Shown: piece by piece, positions 27,410 to 39,189 of the stretch | How the letters are laid out: every line of letters begins with the position of its first letter | How positions within the stretch are numbered: position 1 is the first letter of the stretch | Source of the DNA: Camelus dromedarius | Lineage: Eukaryota | Length of the DNA stretch: 64,000 bases | Assembly (NCBI RefSeq): GCF_036321535.1 | Contig: NC_087437.1 | Location: 36,148,001-36,212,000, forward strand | Reading direction: 5' to 3' | Made by a program: the position numbers and the translations under genes | Notes under the pieces: generated by a model | The model's database searches: none | What the model was told of the DNA's origin: nothing | Seen by the model: the letters and a program-made list of their open reading frames with translations, nothing else

Positions 27410-29470
27410 ATATGGCAACATAGAAAGGTCTTGAACCCATCTTCCTTTCATAGATACACCAAGTCTATAGCTGTATATGGACAATTTCTTCTCAAAAATT
27501 TCTAAATAATGGCTGAGTGATAACTACACATCAAGCAAAGGAGAACAGCACATTGACTATGGTAGGAGGGGCTGGGACACAATCTTGCCATTAATCCCAC
27601 CCCTGGGGCAGCAACCCACAATTGGGAGGGAACTTGAAACCTAGAATTTCTCCCTGAGGAGGAGAGAGTTCAAATTCTACATTGGGCTCCCCAACTGTTA
27701 AGACTTGCACCCGAGAGACGGACTCACAAAACATCTAGCTCTGAAAAACACTTGGTCTCTTGTCCAGGAAACCCACAAGACTGTGGCAATCTTAGAAACA
27801 GCTCCTAAACGGCTCCTGCACATGGACACCTCCTCTTCAGTGCCCAGGTCAGAGGCAGCCAGTGAGGCTCAGACTTTGAGCAGAAGGCTCATTTCCTTAT
27901 ACTAAAGCATTAGCCCAAGGGGCTAATTTAACCCATCTCTTGAGCCCACTGGGAACACTGCCCAGTGACAGACTGGTGGGTGCCACTTATGCACTCTCCC
28001 TCTGCCTTGCTCTAGACAGTGGGTACCATCTTTTATTTATCCGACAGGGGCCATCTTTATGCGCCCCCTCTGTCTCACTCTAGCCAGGCGGTGTCATCTT
28101 CGGAATCTCCCTTGCCTTGTTCTAGCCTGTCAGCTCCATCTCTCTTTTTTCTTCTTTTCCTTTTTTTTTCCCCCCAATCTTTTTTCAGTGGGCATCACTT
28201 TTACACTCCCCTTGCACCTCACTTACACCCAGTGGGGGCCATCTCCATGCTCGCCCTCCGCCATGCTCTGGAGCACCAGAATCACCTGGAGGAGAGCTTT
28301 TACACATTCTGGTGCCGTTTCTGCAGCTGCCACCCAGGAGACACCCCTCGACTGCCTGGCTCTTAAGGGCAGGTGAGCCTCATTCCTTAGTCCCATGACA
28401 CTGTAGTGATCAGAGAAATCGTTCTTGGCAGGCTACCACCCCCCAGGACACCCCGCAGACAGCTGACTGAAACACAACCCCAGTCTTTTTGTGAAAGAGG
28501 CCTCATTGCTTTTCTGGAGATTTTCTGCCCTCAGGGGGAAAATTTCATACACATCTTCAGATTTCATACACATCTACTCGTCTACAGAAGTGCTCTCAGG
28601 GAACAGAGGCCAGTGGATGCCATCTGCTCTCTCCCTCTGCTCACTTCAGCTTACCGGTACCTCGCAGAAAGTAGTATATATACTCTTGCCTAGCCCCCCA
28701 ACTTTTACAGCTGCCTCCAGGGAACACCTCCTTATTGCCTGGCTCTGGCAGCCAGCAGGGCTTACCCCCATGTGTCCCATAGGACTGTAATAAATGGAGA
28801 AAGTATTCTTAAAAAGCTACCACCCCCAGAGCACAGGAGGAGCAGCAGACTCAGAGTTCAGTCTCTCTATGAAAGAGGCCTATTAGCTAATCATTACAGA
28901 TGCAGCCTGACGGGATATGGGAAACATGGTGTATATGTACAATGGAATATTATTCAGCAATTTTAAAAAGAATAAAATTTTGTCATTTGTGACAACATGG
29001 ATGGAACTTGAGGGGAATTTGCTAAGTGAAAAAAATCAGACAGTAATGATAGATACCGTATAATCTCACTTGTATGTGGAATCTAAGAAAAGAAAAAATC
29101 AGAAGCATCAACACACACAAAAGACCTAAGTCATGCACATAACCGATTGGTGGTTGCCAGAGGTAAGAGGTGGTGGTTGGAAAAAATGTGTGATGGCACT
29201 CAAAAGGACAGACTTACAGTTGTAAAATAAATGAGTCATGGGGGTATAATATACAGCATGGTGACTATAATTATTGCATATTGGAAAGCTGCTAAGAGAA
29301 TAGATCTTAAAATTTCTCATCAGAAGAATAAAAAATTTTGTAACTATGTAAGAGAATGATGTTAACTGGACTTACTGTGGCGATCATTTGGCTGTATAAA
29401 CAAATATTGAATTATTATGCTGTACAGCTGAAATTAATATAAAGTTACATGTCAATTATACGTCAATAAA
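27410..29470 (+). mobile_element. Internally deleted LINE-1: 5'UTR with monomer repeats fused to ORF2 end/3'UTR
   Basis: 5'UTR monomers (~28320-28500 vs ~28705-28890), also homologous to 41740-41950. Abrupt switch at 28914/28915 to 'atatgggaaacatggtgtatatgtacaatggaatattattcagc'. Ends 'cgtcaataaaaa'. Confidence 0.8.
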
Positions 29471-29951
29471 AATGATCCTGAATAAATATTCAAAGCAGAG
29501 GGTATCAATTATCTTTCCAAATGAAACTAAATATTCTATCTCCCTTCTCCCATATTGAATAGGGTTAGGAAATTATAGTGCTCATCCTTATATCTGTGGT
29601 AATTAGATACTGACAGCACTTATTATGAGTTGACATTTTACTCAGGAAAATTTTGGTATGTTTTCCTACCTAAAATATCCTTTTGAAAGTGATTAATCCT
29701 ACACCTACCCCAAAATGCAGTTCTAGTTTCCATTTGTCTTGAAATTACTCAGATTGTATCTATCAGGTTTAATATGCTGGAGAGTTAACACTATTTTGAA
29801 AATGTATAGTGCAGAGGCAATAATCTACTGTGATTGTACGACTTAACATGAAGAACAAACACATAAATCCACATATATGAATTCTGTTACAATTTCCCTA
29901 AACACAAAGCTTCAGTGTATAAGTAATGCATTAAAAAAAAGTATGTGCATG

Positions 29952-30551
29952 CCCCAGTGTTCACAGCAGCACTATTGACAATAGCAAAGACATAGAAACA
30001 ACCTAAGTGTCCACTGACAGATGAATGGATAAGATATGGTATATATACACAATGGAATATTACTCATCCATAAAAAAGAATGAAATAATGCCATTTGCAG
30101 CAACATGGATTAAACTAGAGATTATCATATTAAGTGAAGTAAGTCAGACAGAGACAAATATGATATCACTTATATGTGGAATCTAAAAAAAAATGATACA
30201 AATTCTATTTATAAACCAAAACAGACTCACAGACATAGAAAACAAACTATGGTTACCAAAGAGGAAAGGGTTGGGGAGGGATACATTAGGAGTTTGGGAT
30301 TAACAGATACACATTACTATATATAAAATACATAAACAACAAGGACCTAACGTATAGCACAGGGAACTATATTCAATTTCTTGTAATGAGCTGTAATGGA
30401 AAAGAAACAACAACAAAATATCTATATAGATATATATGGATAGATAGATGTATATGCATGACTGAATCACTTTGCTGTACACCTGAAACTAACATTGTAA
30501 TTAACTACACTTCAATAAAAAATAAAATTTAAAAAAATGCTTTGCTGGAAG
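29952..30551 (+). mobile_element. Young 5'-truncated LINE-1 3' end with 16-bp TSD
   Basis: TSD aaaaagtatgtgcatg at 29936-29951 and 30552-30567; TT/AAAA site; polyA signal 'cttcaataaaaaataaaa'. Confidence 0.93.
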
Positions 30552-31167
30552 AAAAAGTATGTGCATGTATGCACACCTTTTTAAACACTGATTATATTTC
30601 CAATATGGTTATAAATCTAACATTTTATTTATCCTGAGTATAATCATGTTTTTACTAATATTTAGTCTAAATTTTTCCATTTTTCTGTGTAATATAAAAT
30701 AATCTTTTGCCAGTTAACCCATTAAATCACTTTATTTTTAAGAATACTACTTGAAAAAATAAAATCAATTTCTGGAATCCCTGAGAATGGATTTTTAGTA
30801 AACAACATGAATGAATATGTTGACAGTGTTAGTTTAAGCCATTAGAAAGCTTTCTGAGGTTGTTGAATTGGAATATCTTGCCTGCTTCTTAAGCAAAAAG
30901 CAAGCAAGTCTATATTCTAATAAATGAATTGTTTTAGGGGGAATTTTTTTAACTTTATACAGTAGAGAAGAATGACATAGTACCAATATTGGGTTTTGTT
31001 TTTTTTTTTGACTAAATTAATGATCACATTTTACTACCATCTACAGTAATATGGAAAATATCAGACCTACAGTAATGCATTTTCTATTACCTTCTAACTC
31101 AATCTTCTCCCCAACCTCCTACCTCCATTTCCTTCTATTTTTTTTTTTTCTTTTTAAACTTGTTCAG

Positions 31168-31262
31168 CGAATGTATTACCTGTCAAAGGCCATGAATTGA
31201 CAATTGAGAAGACTGAAGAGTTCGTTCCTTTGTCAGGATTATGTGACAGTGGAAAAGAATAA
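31168..31262 (+). CDS. Candidate alternative terminal exon (phase 1: xNVLPVKGHELTIEKTEEFVPLSGLCDSGKE*)
   Basis: Very long polypyrimidine tract ending ttgttcag|; 95 nt open in phase 1; stop TAA lies inside AATAAA (31258-31263). No recognised homology. Confidence 0.3.
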
Positions 31263-31755
31263 ACCATTAAGCTCCCTTATGACCCTTCATGCCATTCCAT
31301 GAGTTACAGACTGAAGACAAAAACTGGAGTTCTGTTCTGCCCTTTCAGATTTTTTCAATCTTTTAATCAAATATATCATATCACCTCATTCTTGACTCAA
31401 ATTTTACAAAACACCCAGGTATTCCATGAGTATTTATTATACTCTGCTACCTATGGAAGCATTATGTTACTACTACTATTTTCCCCAAATATTTTAAATA
31501 AATTATTGTAGGAAAGTTTAAAATATGAATCCATGAGAACTAATTAGTTAATCAATACATGAACAATGGGATGTCATGAGTCACGTTCCCGTATACATAG
31601 GTTTTTATGCACATATATTGAAAAACAAAATAAATATGGCACTAAAATTGATCCATTGTTAAGAACACTCACTATGTTAGAGCAATACATTATCCTGATA
31701 TATGGAGATCTGTTTGAGACTTTTAATTTCATTTTTCTCTGCCATGGCCCATCAG

Positions 31756-31765
31756 CAGGTGCCAA
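31756..31765 (+). other. Candidate 7/10-nt microexon with tandem CAGCAG acceptor (GTGCCAA or CAGGTGCCAA)
   Basis: ttcatttttctcTGCcatggcccatcagcag|gtgccaa|gtaagta: consensus donor, with a TGC between the pyrimidine tract and the AG. Confidence 0.45.
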
Positions 31766-31799
31766 GTAAGTATTAAGGGAGGAAAGCTGTTTACTTGAT

Positions 31800-32110
31800 A
31801 CTATGTGATATATTCCAAGTTAGCCTATTTTCAGAATCCTGGCAGAAGACACAGATTCCTTGATTGTCAGAAACAAAGGATTTCATTCCTCATAGCAATA
31901 GGAGTGGCTAGTGGAGAAGTAAATATGAGGCAAAGGAAACAGAAATGGAAGTAAATTCTAAAAAGAAGCAGTTTTAATTTGGTCACACTTGTGGACAATT
32001 GAGGCTCAATCCTTCTGGGATCTTTACAGAAGAATAAAAAATGCCTTCTAGAGTCATCTCTCTGATCAAGGGATGATACCGAGATGGCAATAAAGAGCAT
32101 TACTGATTTC
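31800..32110. mobile_element. Old LTR-like relic(s), family unresolved
   Basis: 'cagaagacacagattccttgattgtcagaaacaaaggatttcatt' and 'caattgaggctcaatccttctgggatc' resemble ancient ERVL-type LTRs. Confidence 0.35.
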
Positions 32111-32139
32111 ATCCCTTATTACGAGAACTACTAACAATT

Positions 32140-33400
32140 TATCATGAACAAGACACCACTGAGAAAAATCCTATTACACGAGGCCAAGACTGAAGTGCTC
32201 CCCTGTACCAAAGTGATGGAGACAGTCCCCGTTAGAAGGTAAAGAGGAACAGCTGCATGCTGACTGCTTTGCCCCTCCTCCAGGCCGGGGCAGCACCACA
32301 TCCTGAGCCTACACTTCCTCTAGTGGGAGAAGAGAGCCCAGGGTGGATGTTGACCTCCCCCAGCATTGTCAGTTGCTTCTTGGGAGTCCCCACTGCATCT
32401 CACAGAGATCACGGAGCTGGACCACTGGGAATCGGATTATGAAAGAGAAGTGGAAAGTATTTGCAGCTTTGCTTATCTACAGAGCCAAGACTGTGGAAAG
32501 TCTAACCAGGGAACTCAGCAGGATGCAGGTCTTCCTGTTTTAAAGCCTCAATTAAAGAGCCTTCCCAGCACTGGAGTATGGTCTACCCTGAACCCCTAGG
32601 CAGGTGAGCTGAGTCTTCTACTGCAGAGTATAGTTCCTTGTCCCACTCGACTAGGAAGCATGGCCATAACACCTGACGGTGTAGCTCCTGGTCCTGCTCC
32701 ACCAGGAAGCCTGGCCTGAGCATCTGGAAAATAGCTTGATCCGGCAGCACTTCAGCAGAAGGTCTGCCAGTAGCTCTGCCCTTCTGTAGAGACAAGCTGG
32801 TGGCTCTGTCTGGCCAGAGTTTGGTGGACAGCTCTGACTGGCTCCCCAACAAGACTCTTGTCATCCTGGGGACTTGTTCTACACATCCCCACCCTAAGCA
32901 GGGAAACTAACCCATAGTCCTGCCCACTGCCGAATGTAATCTCCACACATGCTAACCAGGAAAACTAACCTGAGCTCCTGGGAGTCTCGGTAGCCCATCC
33001 CGCAGCCCCAGCACAATGTCACTTGAGCAGAGAACCCAATAAGTGATTCTGTGTCTGCAGAGTCAAAACAGTGGCCCCCGTCTCTCTGTGGAGCTTAGCA
33101 AGCAGGTCTACCAGATTTGATACCCAGAACAAATAGCCTTGCTGGCCCTGGGACCTGTTCTGCAGCCCCAGCAAGGCAGGAAAGCTAATTTATAGCCCTG
33201 CCAAAAGCTGAATACAGACTCCAGCCTGACCCAAATAGGAAACCTAACTAGAGCTCCTGGGAATCTGGGTAGCCCATCTTGGAACCCTGATTACAGTAGC
33301 ACTTCCATGGTAGGATCCCCCTGGCATCTCTTAGAGCAGCCTTAGAGAAGCCCTAGGGACTAAAAGTGAAAAATCAGATGACTGTCCTTCAGAGATGTTT
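32140..33400 (+). mobile_element. Isolated GC-richer LINE-1 5' region with ~280-bp internal repeats
   Basis: Repeated blocks 'ggacttgttct...aaactaacc...gagctcctgggagtctcggtagcccatc' (~32870-33000) and 'ggacctgttct...gagctcctgggaatctgggtagcccatc' (~33150-33280); resembles L1M 5'UTRs. Confidence 0.6.
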
Positions 33401-33639
33401 TCAGCATGAAGTGGGTCAAGGACCACCAAGAAGTATGAGCTGCAGCCCTGGCTCTGGCTGTGGGTGTTACACTGATGGCAAGAGATACAAGGCAGTGCAC
33501 AAATGGCAACTAACACCTAACTATATATGTATGTTTATGAATACATATGTGACATACAAAGAGGATAATTTATGGAAAAACATTCCCTAAATTTTAACAG
33601 AAATTATTTTGTAAAATAAAAGTGACATTGGGTACTGGT

Positions 33640-34108
33640 TGTATTAATTTCCTAGGGCTGCGCTAACAAAATACCACAAACTAGGTAGCTTAAAACAACA
33701 GAAATGCACTCTCCCACATTTCTGGAGACGAGAAGACCAAAATCAAGGTGTTAGCAGGGCCATCCTCCCTCCATAGATTCCAGAGGAGAACCCTTTCTTG
33801 CCTTTTACAGCTTCTGGTAGCCCCAGACATTCCTTGGTTTGTGGTCACGTAAGTCTGATCTTTGCTTCCATCCTTCTGTGTGTCTCTGTATCTCTGTGTA
33901 TTCACACGGCTGTCTTCTTTGTGTTTCTCTCCTCTCCTTATAAGGACACCTGCCATATTGGACTAGAGCCGATACCACTCCAGGATGACCTCATCTTAAC
34001 TAATTACATCTGCAACGACCCTATTTCCAAATAAGGTCACATTCTGAGGTACTAGGAGGTAGGACTTTTAATATATATTTTTGGGGGAATCCAATTCAAC
34101 CCATAAGA
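33640..34108 (-). mobile_element. MLT1 (MLT1C-like) solo LTR
   Basis: 'tgtattaatttcctagggctgcgctaacaaaataccacaaact...ccctatttccaaataaggtcacattctgaggtact...aattcaacccataa'. Confidence 0.9.
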
Positions 34109-36455
34109 ACAAAGGAGGATTTCTATTTGTTAATCTATATTTTCTAAAATATTTATAAAAGTTTGCAAAGAATATTCTGGAAGTCACCGCAGTTTGTCTT
34201 ATTCTTATACCTAATGTCAACTTTCTTTTTTACATGCCTGCGTATGCTATGAAAGTCAAATACTCACTTAGTCCTTGCTGCTAGCTCTGTGACACAGCCT
34301 TGGCCAATAAATAGGGATACACTGACCTTGTTTTTCCCCCTGTCCTTTCTTTCCACTTTGAAAGAAAACACTATGTCTAGGATTGTACAACAATTTTACA
34401 ATCCTAAAAGAACAAGCAAGTTTATTTAAACAAACAATAACAACAACAACAAAAATACACTGGGCCTAGCATCACAAGATTATTCTAGCAGTCACTTACT
34501 CAGGACCTCTTGTCAGGTGTAAAACAAATAATTTGTGAGTCACTGCTATTTGTGTTTTCTGTGACTTGTAGGTAGACTCATGCCTAAATGATACATGTGT
34601 GCATGTGTTCTGGTGCATCTTATAATTTTCAAAGACATAGAGAAGTTGATGTCTCAAGTAAAGGATGTCAGCAGGAAAAAAATTTATTTTAATGAAGATT
34701 TTTGAGACATTTCAAATAAAGAGTTGTACTTCTTTTGGAGAGTATAATTTCTAGAAAACAAATCAAATGTCCAAAAAAACCCACAATGTAAAATAAAGCT
34801 TCACCCCTACTACTAAGGTTTTAGTTTTAATTAATTTTTATCAGTAGATAAGCAGCTGCCAGAAGGTTGTCTAAAATTTATTGAGAAGCATGTAATAGAT
34901 GTTGAATGCTGGAGAATATGAATTTCTTTTTAATGAAAAGGTAGACTTTCTCAGGATGTGAAGTACAACTGAATAGTCTTTGGTGTACTTTATATTTTTG
35001 TGGCAGAGTAAAGATTAGAAAGTATCATATGAAGTTAGTTTTTTCTAAAAAAGGATTCTGTGTATATATGAATTTAAAAGTTTATGTTGATTACTTCTTA
35101 GTGCTTTACTTTAATATTTTAAGTAGAATTACATATCATCTTTCACTTTTCAAAGTTTCGTTTGATCTCATAGGTAAAATGTGATGAATACTAAGTACTT
35201 TTCTAAATTCTAGGTCATGGATACATAATATGATAGATGTCGTATTTTGAAAATTCTGGCTGCAGAATACACTCATATATCCTTAGATACTGTTTAACTT
35301 TACAGAAAGTTAGCAGGAGCATCTATAGGATTATAATCTTCATGGTCACTTCGGTCTCTTTATGGTGCTTTCCAGTGAACTTAGAAACCCTGATCAGATC
35401 CCTGAAAGAGATCACAAATTCATCTATATTTTTCAAATGTTGATAGAAATATGTACAACCTAAGTAATGATTCCTTTTTGTTTTGCTAATTGATAGAAGT
35501 AATTTCCTTTTCTTCATATAATTACGTAATTTTACAAGAGTACTTGAAAATTTTTTAAATAATTTTTTTTACTACTTTAAGAGAAATTTTTTAGAATGTG
35601 TTTTTAAAATACTCAAATCACCACTTTGCTTTATTTCCATGAGCTATTAAGAATTTATTCACGTTCAAAGGAATGCTTCCGTGTGAATGATATAATCAAC
35701 TGTTTCCTTTCATATTTTGTTCTTAGCACATATATTGATTTGTCTGGATATGTCTCACTAGGATGAAGTATAAAGGGGATGAGTTCTCCTTGTTGAATGT
35801 TGAAGGGCATCACAATGTGTATATGAAGTGGCATATGCCACCTGGCTGTGCTGTCTTAGAGCATTTTGAGAAGGCTTATGTAGCCAAATCTTTAAGCACA
35901 TCTGCCAAGTACAGAATCACATGATAGGTAGTGACACTGAAATTCTGCCCCTAAACAACACACACACGTACGCGCACGCACACAGTTTCTTCTCATCATT
36001 ACTAGAGATAACCAAACTAAATTCCTTATATAACATTTTTGAAATAAAAGAACATCAATTACTTCAAAAAATCAAATAAACAGTGTGCTATCTTATCCTT
36101 ATTGATTAAGAGTTCTCTACTTTTGTCTAAATAAAGGACAAATGGGAACAATATACCATACTTAATAAATTGAGACCTCAGTAATGCATATGCAAAGTGT
36201 ATCTCCTTCCAAATTTGAAAATACCACTATTTGTTTCCATATTGTCCTAACTGTCTTATTTCTCCATAAGGTAAATTGGAAACAAAAATATTCAGGTAGC
36301 AACCTCATGGATAATTTTTTTTTGAAATGAGTATTTCTTTTTATCTTTTATTAAAACCCCAAATTAGAGTTTAAACCATAGGAAAGGATCGCTATCAATG
36401 ACTGTTATTATTGACCCTTTATTATTTTTGCTATTTCCTTTTTTGAACAATTTAG

Positions 36456-36550
36456 TCAAACACACAGTTGCTTTCAACAAGGTAATGGCAGCAGGACGTA
36501 TTCCAGATGAAACTGTTTTTTCGGCACCCACACATATACGACTGTCTTGA
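36456..36550 (+). CDS. Candidate terminal exon (phase 1: xKHTVAFNKVMAAGRIPDETVFSAPTHIRLS*; phase 2: xQTHSCFQQGNGSRTYSR*)
   Basis: Branch-like ttgac, pyrimidine tract and tttag|; unique, GC-richer sequence with six CpGs in 36388-36625 against a CpG-poor background; tandem stops TGA TAA. Product not recognised. Confidence 0.4.
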
Positions 36551-37078
36551 TAAGGACTGGTCCAGGGCCCAGCCACGGCTGAGTTGCTAGAACAGCATAG
36601 GGATAGGCAAGTTGAAGAAGTAGCGGGTGCTGACCTGGGCCATTATATCAACACACAGTAAAATTAATCAAAGCTATCCTTTGTTTGCAAGTCAATTGTG
36701 GGCCAATTTTTAAAGTTCCACCATGTTAAAAGATGGATAAACTCAGAACATAGTAAGGTTTCTAAATTTTTTTCTGTCCATACTCCTTCCTTGGGCTGTC
36801 AATGGATATTCTAAGAATGTGAACATAACAAATGCTGCAAGAAACAAAATATGCAAGTTCAAGCTCTGGCCTGTGAAGTACAAACATGTATCTGCCCATA
36901 TAATGATATATTACAAAAGATACTAAGTAAGTAAGTTTAATATATAAATTACATGATTTATTTAGATAACCATTGTATATTTTTACATAGATGAAAAATC
37001 AAATATCATTTAAATAAAATATGTTGATTTTGTTGTCTCAAGTAAGCATCCCCTACTAGGCTTACAATAAAGACATTC

Positions 37079-37200
37079 GCTCTGTTAAGAAAATACATAT
37101 ATGTATATATATGTATAACTGAATTGCTTTGCTATACACCTGAAACTAACATTGCAAATCAACCACACTTCAATAAAAAATTTTGTAAAAATTAAAGCAA
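37079..37200 (+). mobile_element. Very short L1 3'-tail insertion with imperfect 13-bp TSD
   Basis: 'gtataactgaattgctttgctatacacctgaaactaacattg...cttcaataaaaaa'; flanks aataaagacattc (37066-37078) and aataaggacattc (37201-37213). Confidence 0.8.
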
Positions 37201-37679
37201 AATAAGGACATTCTTGATATACTACATCTACTGCTATAACCCAGTATTTTTCTTTCTATGTGTAAAGGGGATTTTACTGTTCAATATTGAATTAATTTGA
37301 TACAAAAGAGGACTGAATAACAAAACTATACACACATATCTTTTGTTTAAATTTGTTAATTATTTTGAATATCATTGAAGTTCACAGAAAATTAGTTGTT
37401 TCCAGAAAGTTCCACTCCATAATTTATACAATTGAGCAATTTTTTAAAATAAGAAATATTTATGGAGGGATGACAAGTAATTTATATTTTTCTCAATGCC
37501 AGCTGCCAGACCCTTATTTAGAAGTATTTCAAAATTATTAGAGTATTCAATTATATGAAATCACATTTAATAATTCAGATATTTTCAGATATATTTATTT
37601 AAATAAAAGTATTCACTTGTAGTCTCCTGATTTTATATAAGTATTCATGAATGAACTTAAAATACCACACTGTTATTGT

Positions 37680-37925
37680 TAAGTGAGACCTGGATTTAGA
37701 CAAACATGGGTTTAAAATTAGGCTATATCAGTCACTATTTGTCAGATTTTGTACAACTTTCTTAATTTCTTTACACTCCAGTATCCTCATCCATAAAATG
37801 AGAAAATTACAGTAACTCACTGCTAATTTGAGTTATGTTCATTAAAGGATACAGGGCACCTAAAGAACTAAGTGACTACCTAGCACAGAGTAAGTGCCTA
37901 ATAAATCTTATTTTATCATTATTAC
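37680..37925 (+). mobile_element. MIR SINE relic
   Basis: 'cagtatcctcatccataaaatgagaaaattacagta...cctagcacagagtaagtgcctaataaatctta'. Confidence 0.75.
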
Positions 37926-39189
37926 TGTTTTATTTTGTATATTATCTTTTACCTTAGAAATAAAATGAGATATTAAAAATGTCACATCATGACTCACCAA
38001 AATAATCTATCAGAAGAAACTACTTTGGTATGTTTTTATCTAAATACTATGTTCAGTGAGTAAAAGAATTTAATTTGAACTGGTCACAATTGATTTGCTT
38101 GTACTTCACAAGCCAGAGCATGTACTTACACATTTTGTTTCTTGTAGCATTAGTTAAATGCACATTCATAGAATATTCACCAATGGCCCAAGGAGGGAAT
38201 TAATTACAAATGACGGCAAAAGAATAATCCTAGAAGTGTTATGGATTCAGCTATAAGGACTATAAAGTTTATGTAGACATTACAGTCACATTGTGTTTTC
38301 AGAGTGACATTTAAAGCATATTAAGGGTGATTTGGGGAGATTTAATATGCATTTAAAATACCTTTCTAAAAATATTGGAAGGTTGATGTGTGCACATGTG
38401 TATACAATCCTATTTTCTAATTAAAAAATAAATCATCTGCACATCAATCAAAAGTTTTCCTTGAAACCTATATAATTGAGCCAGTCAATCAGTAGCTGGA
38501 TTATCCATTTAAGTCAAGAAACTGATACACCAGGGAAGAGCACAGAGTGGTGTTTGGATGGATGAACCAAGGGAACCTGAAAGGAAATGTTCAAAGGGTC
38601 TTTGAACAAAACCTAAAGGTCTTGATAAAGAGACCAAATTAGATAAAAAGCAATGGGAGAGGATCCCTGCTTCTAGGAACTTGAGGTCAGAGCAAGGAGG
38701 ATTAGAACACTTGGAAGAGTTCATTAGGAGGAACAGAGGATTCTCGGAACATGACTGTGGGAACTCAGCTTCATTTCCATCATTAAGAATTCTGGTCTAT
38801 CTCCTTTTTCCTAAACCAAAGGACCACTCAGGTTTAAAGGCACATAGATGAGAAAAAGAAAAAAAGAAAAACACTATTTGTTCTGCAGTTGTCAAGGTAG
38901 AGAGAACTGGTATGTGGTTTTCTCGTCCATGGCCTGGGTGATCTGGGGACACCAGCATAAAGAAGTATGGATGTGAGGTCCTCAAAGCAGAGGATCCTGA
39001 GAAACACATGACCTGCATCAATCTGAGCATTATGCCCAGTTGAGATTACAAATCACCCCAATCTCTCCCAGGGCAAGCAGACCAATAAGGAAATGAAGAA
39101 GCAGGTTAAGATGTGAGACCACCTCTGGGTCTAGAAAGCTTGAAGGGATAGAGATTAAGAGGAATATTCCACATTCCATAGTTTTACAA

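Noticed and set aside
32140..33400. GC-richer block as a CpG-island promoter or coding exon
   Set aside because: CpG-poor, internally repeated, and best explained as a decayed L1 5'UTR.
36364..36634. Minus-strand ORF/exon (SAPATSSTCLSLCCSS...), faintly like a PTGER3 C-terminal variant
   Set aside because: Weak acceptor, low-complexity similarity only, and it is the antisense shadow of the better-flanked + strand candidate.
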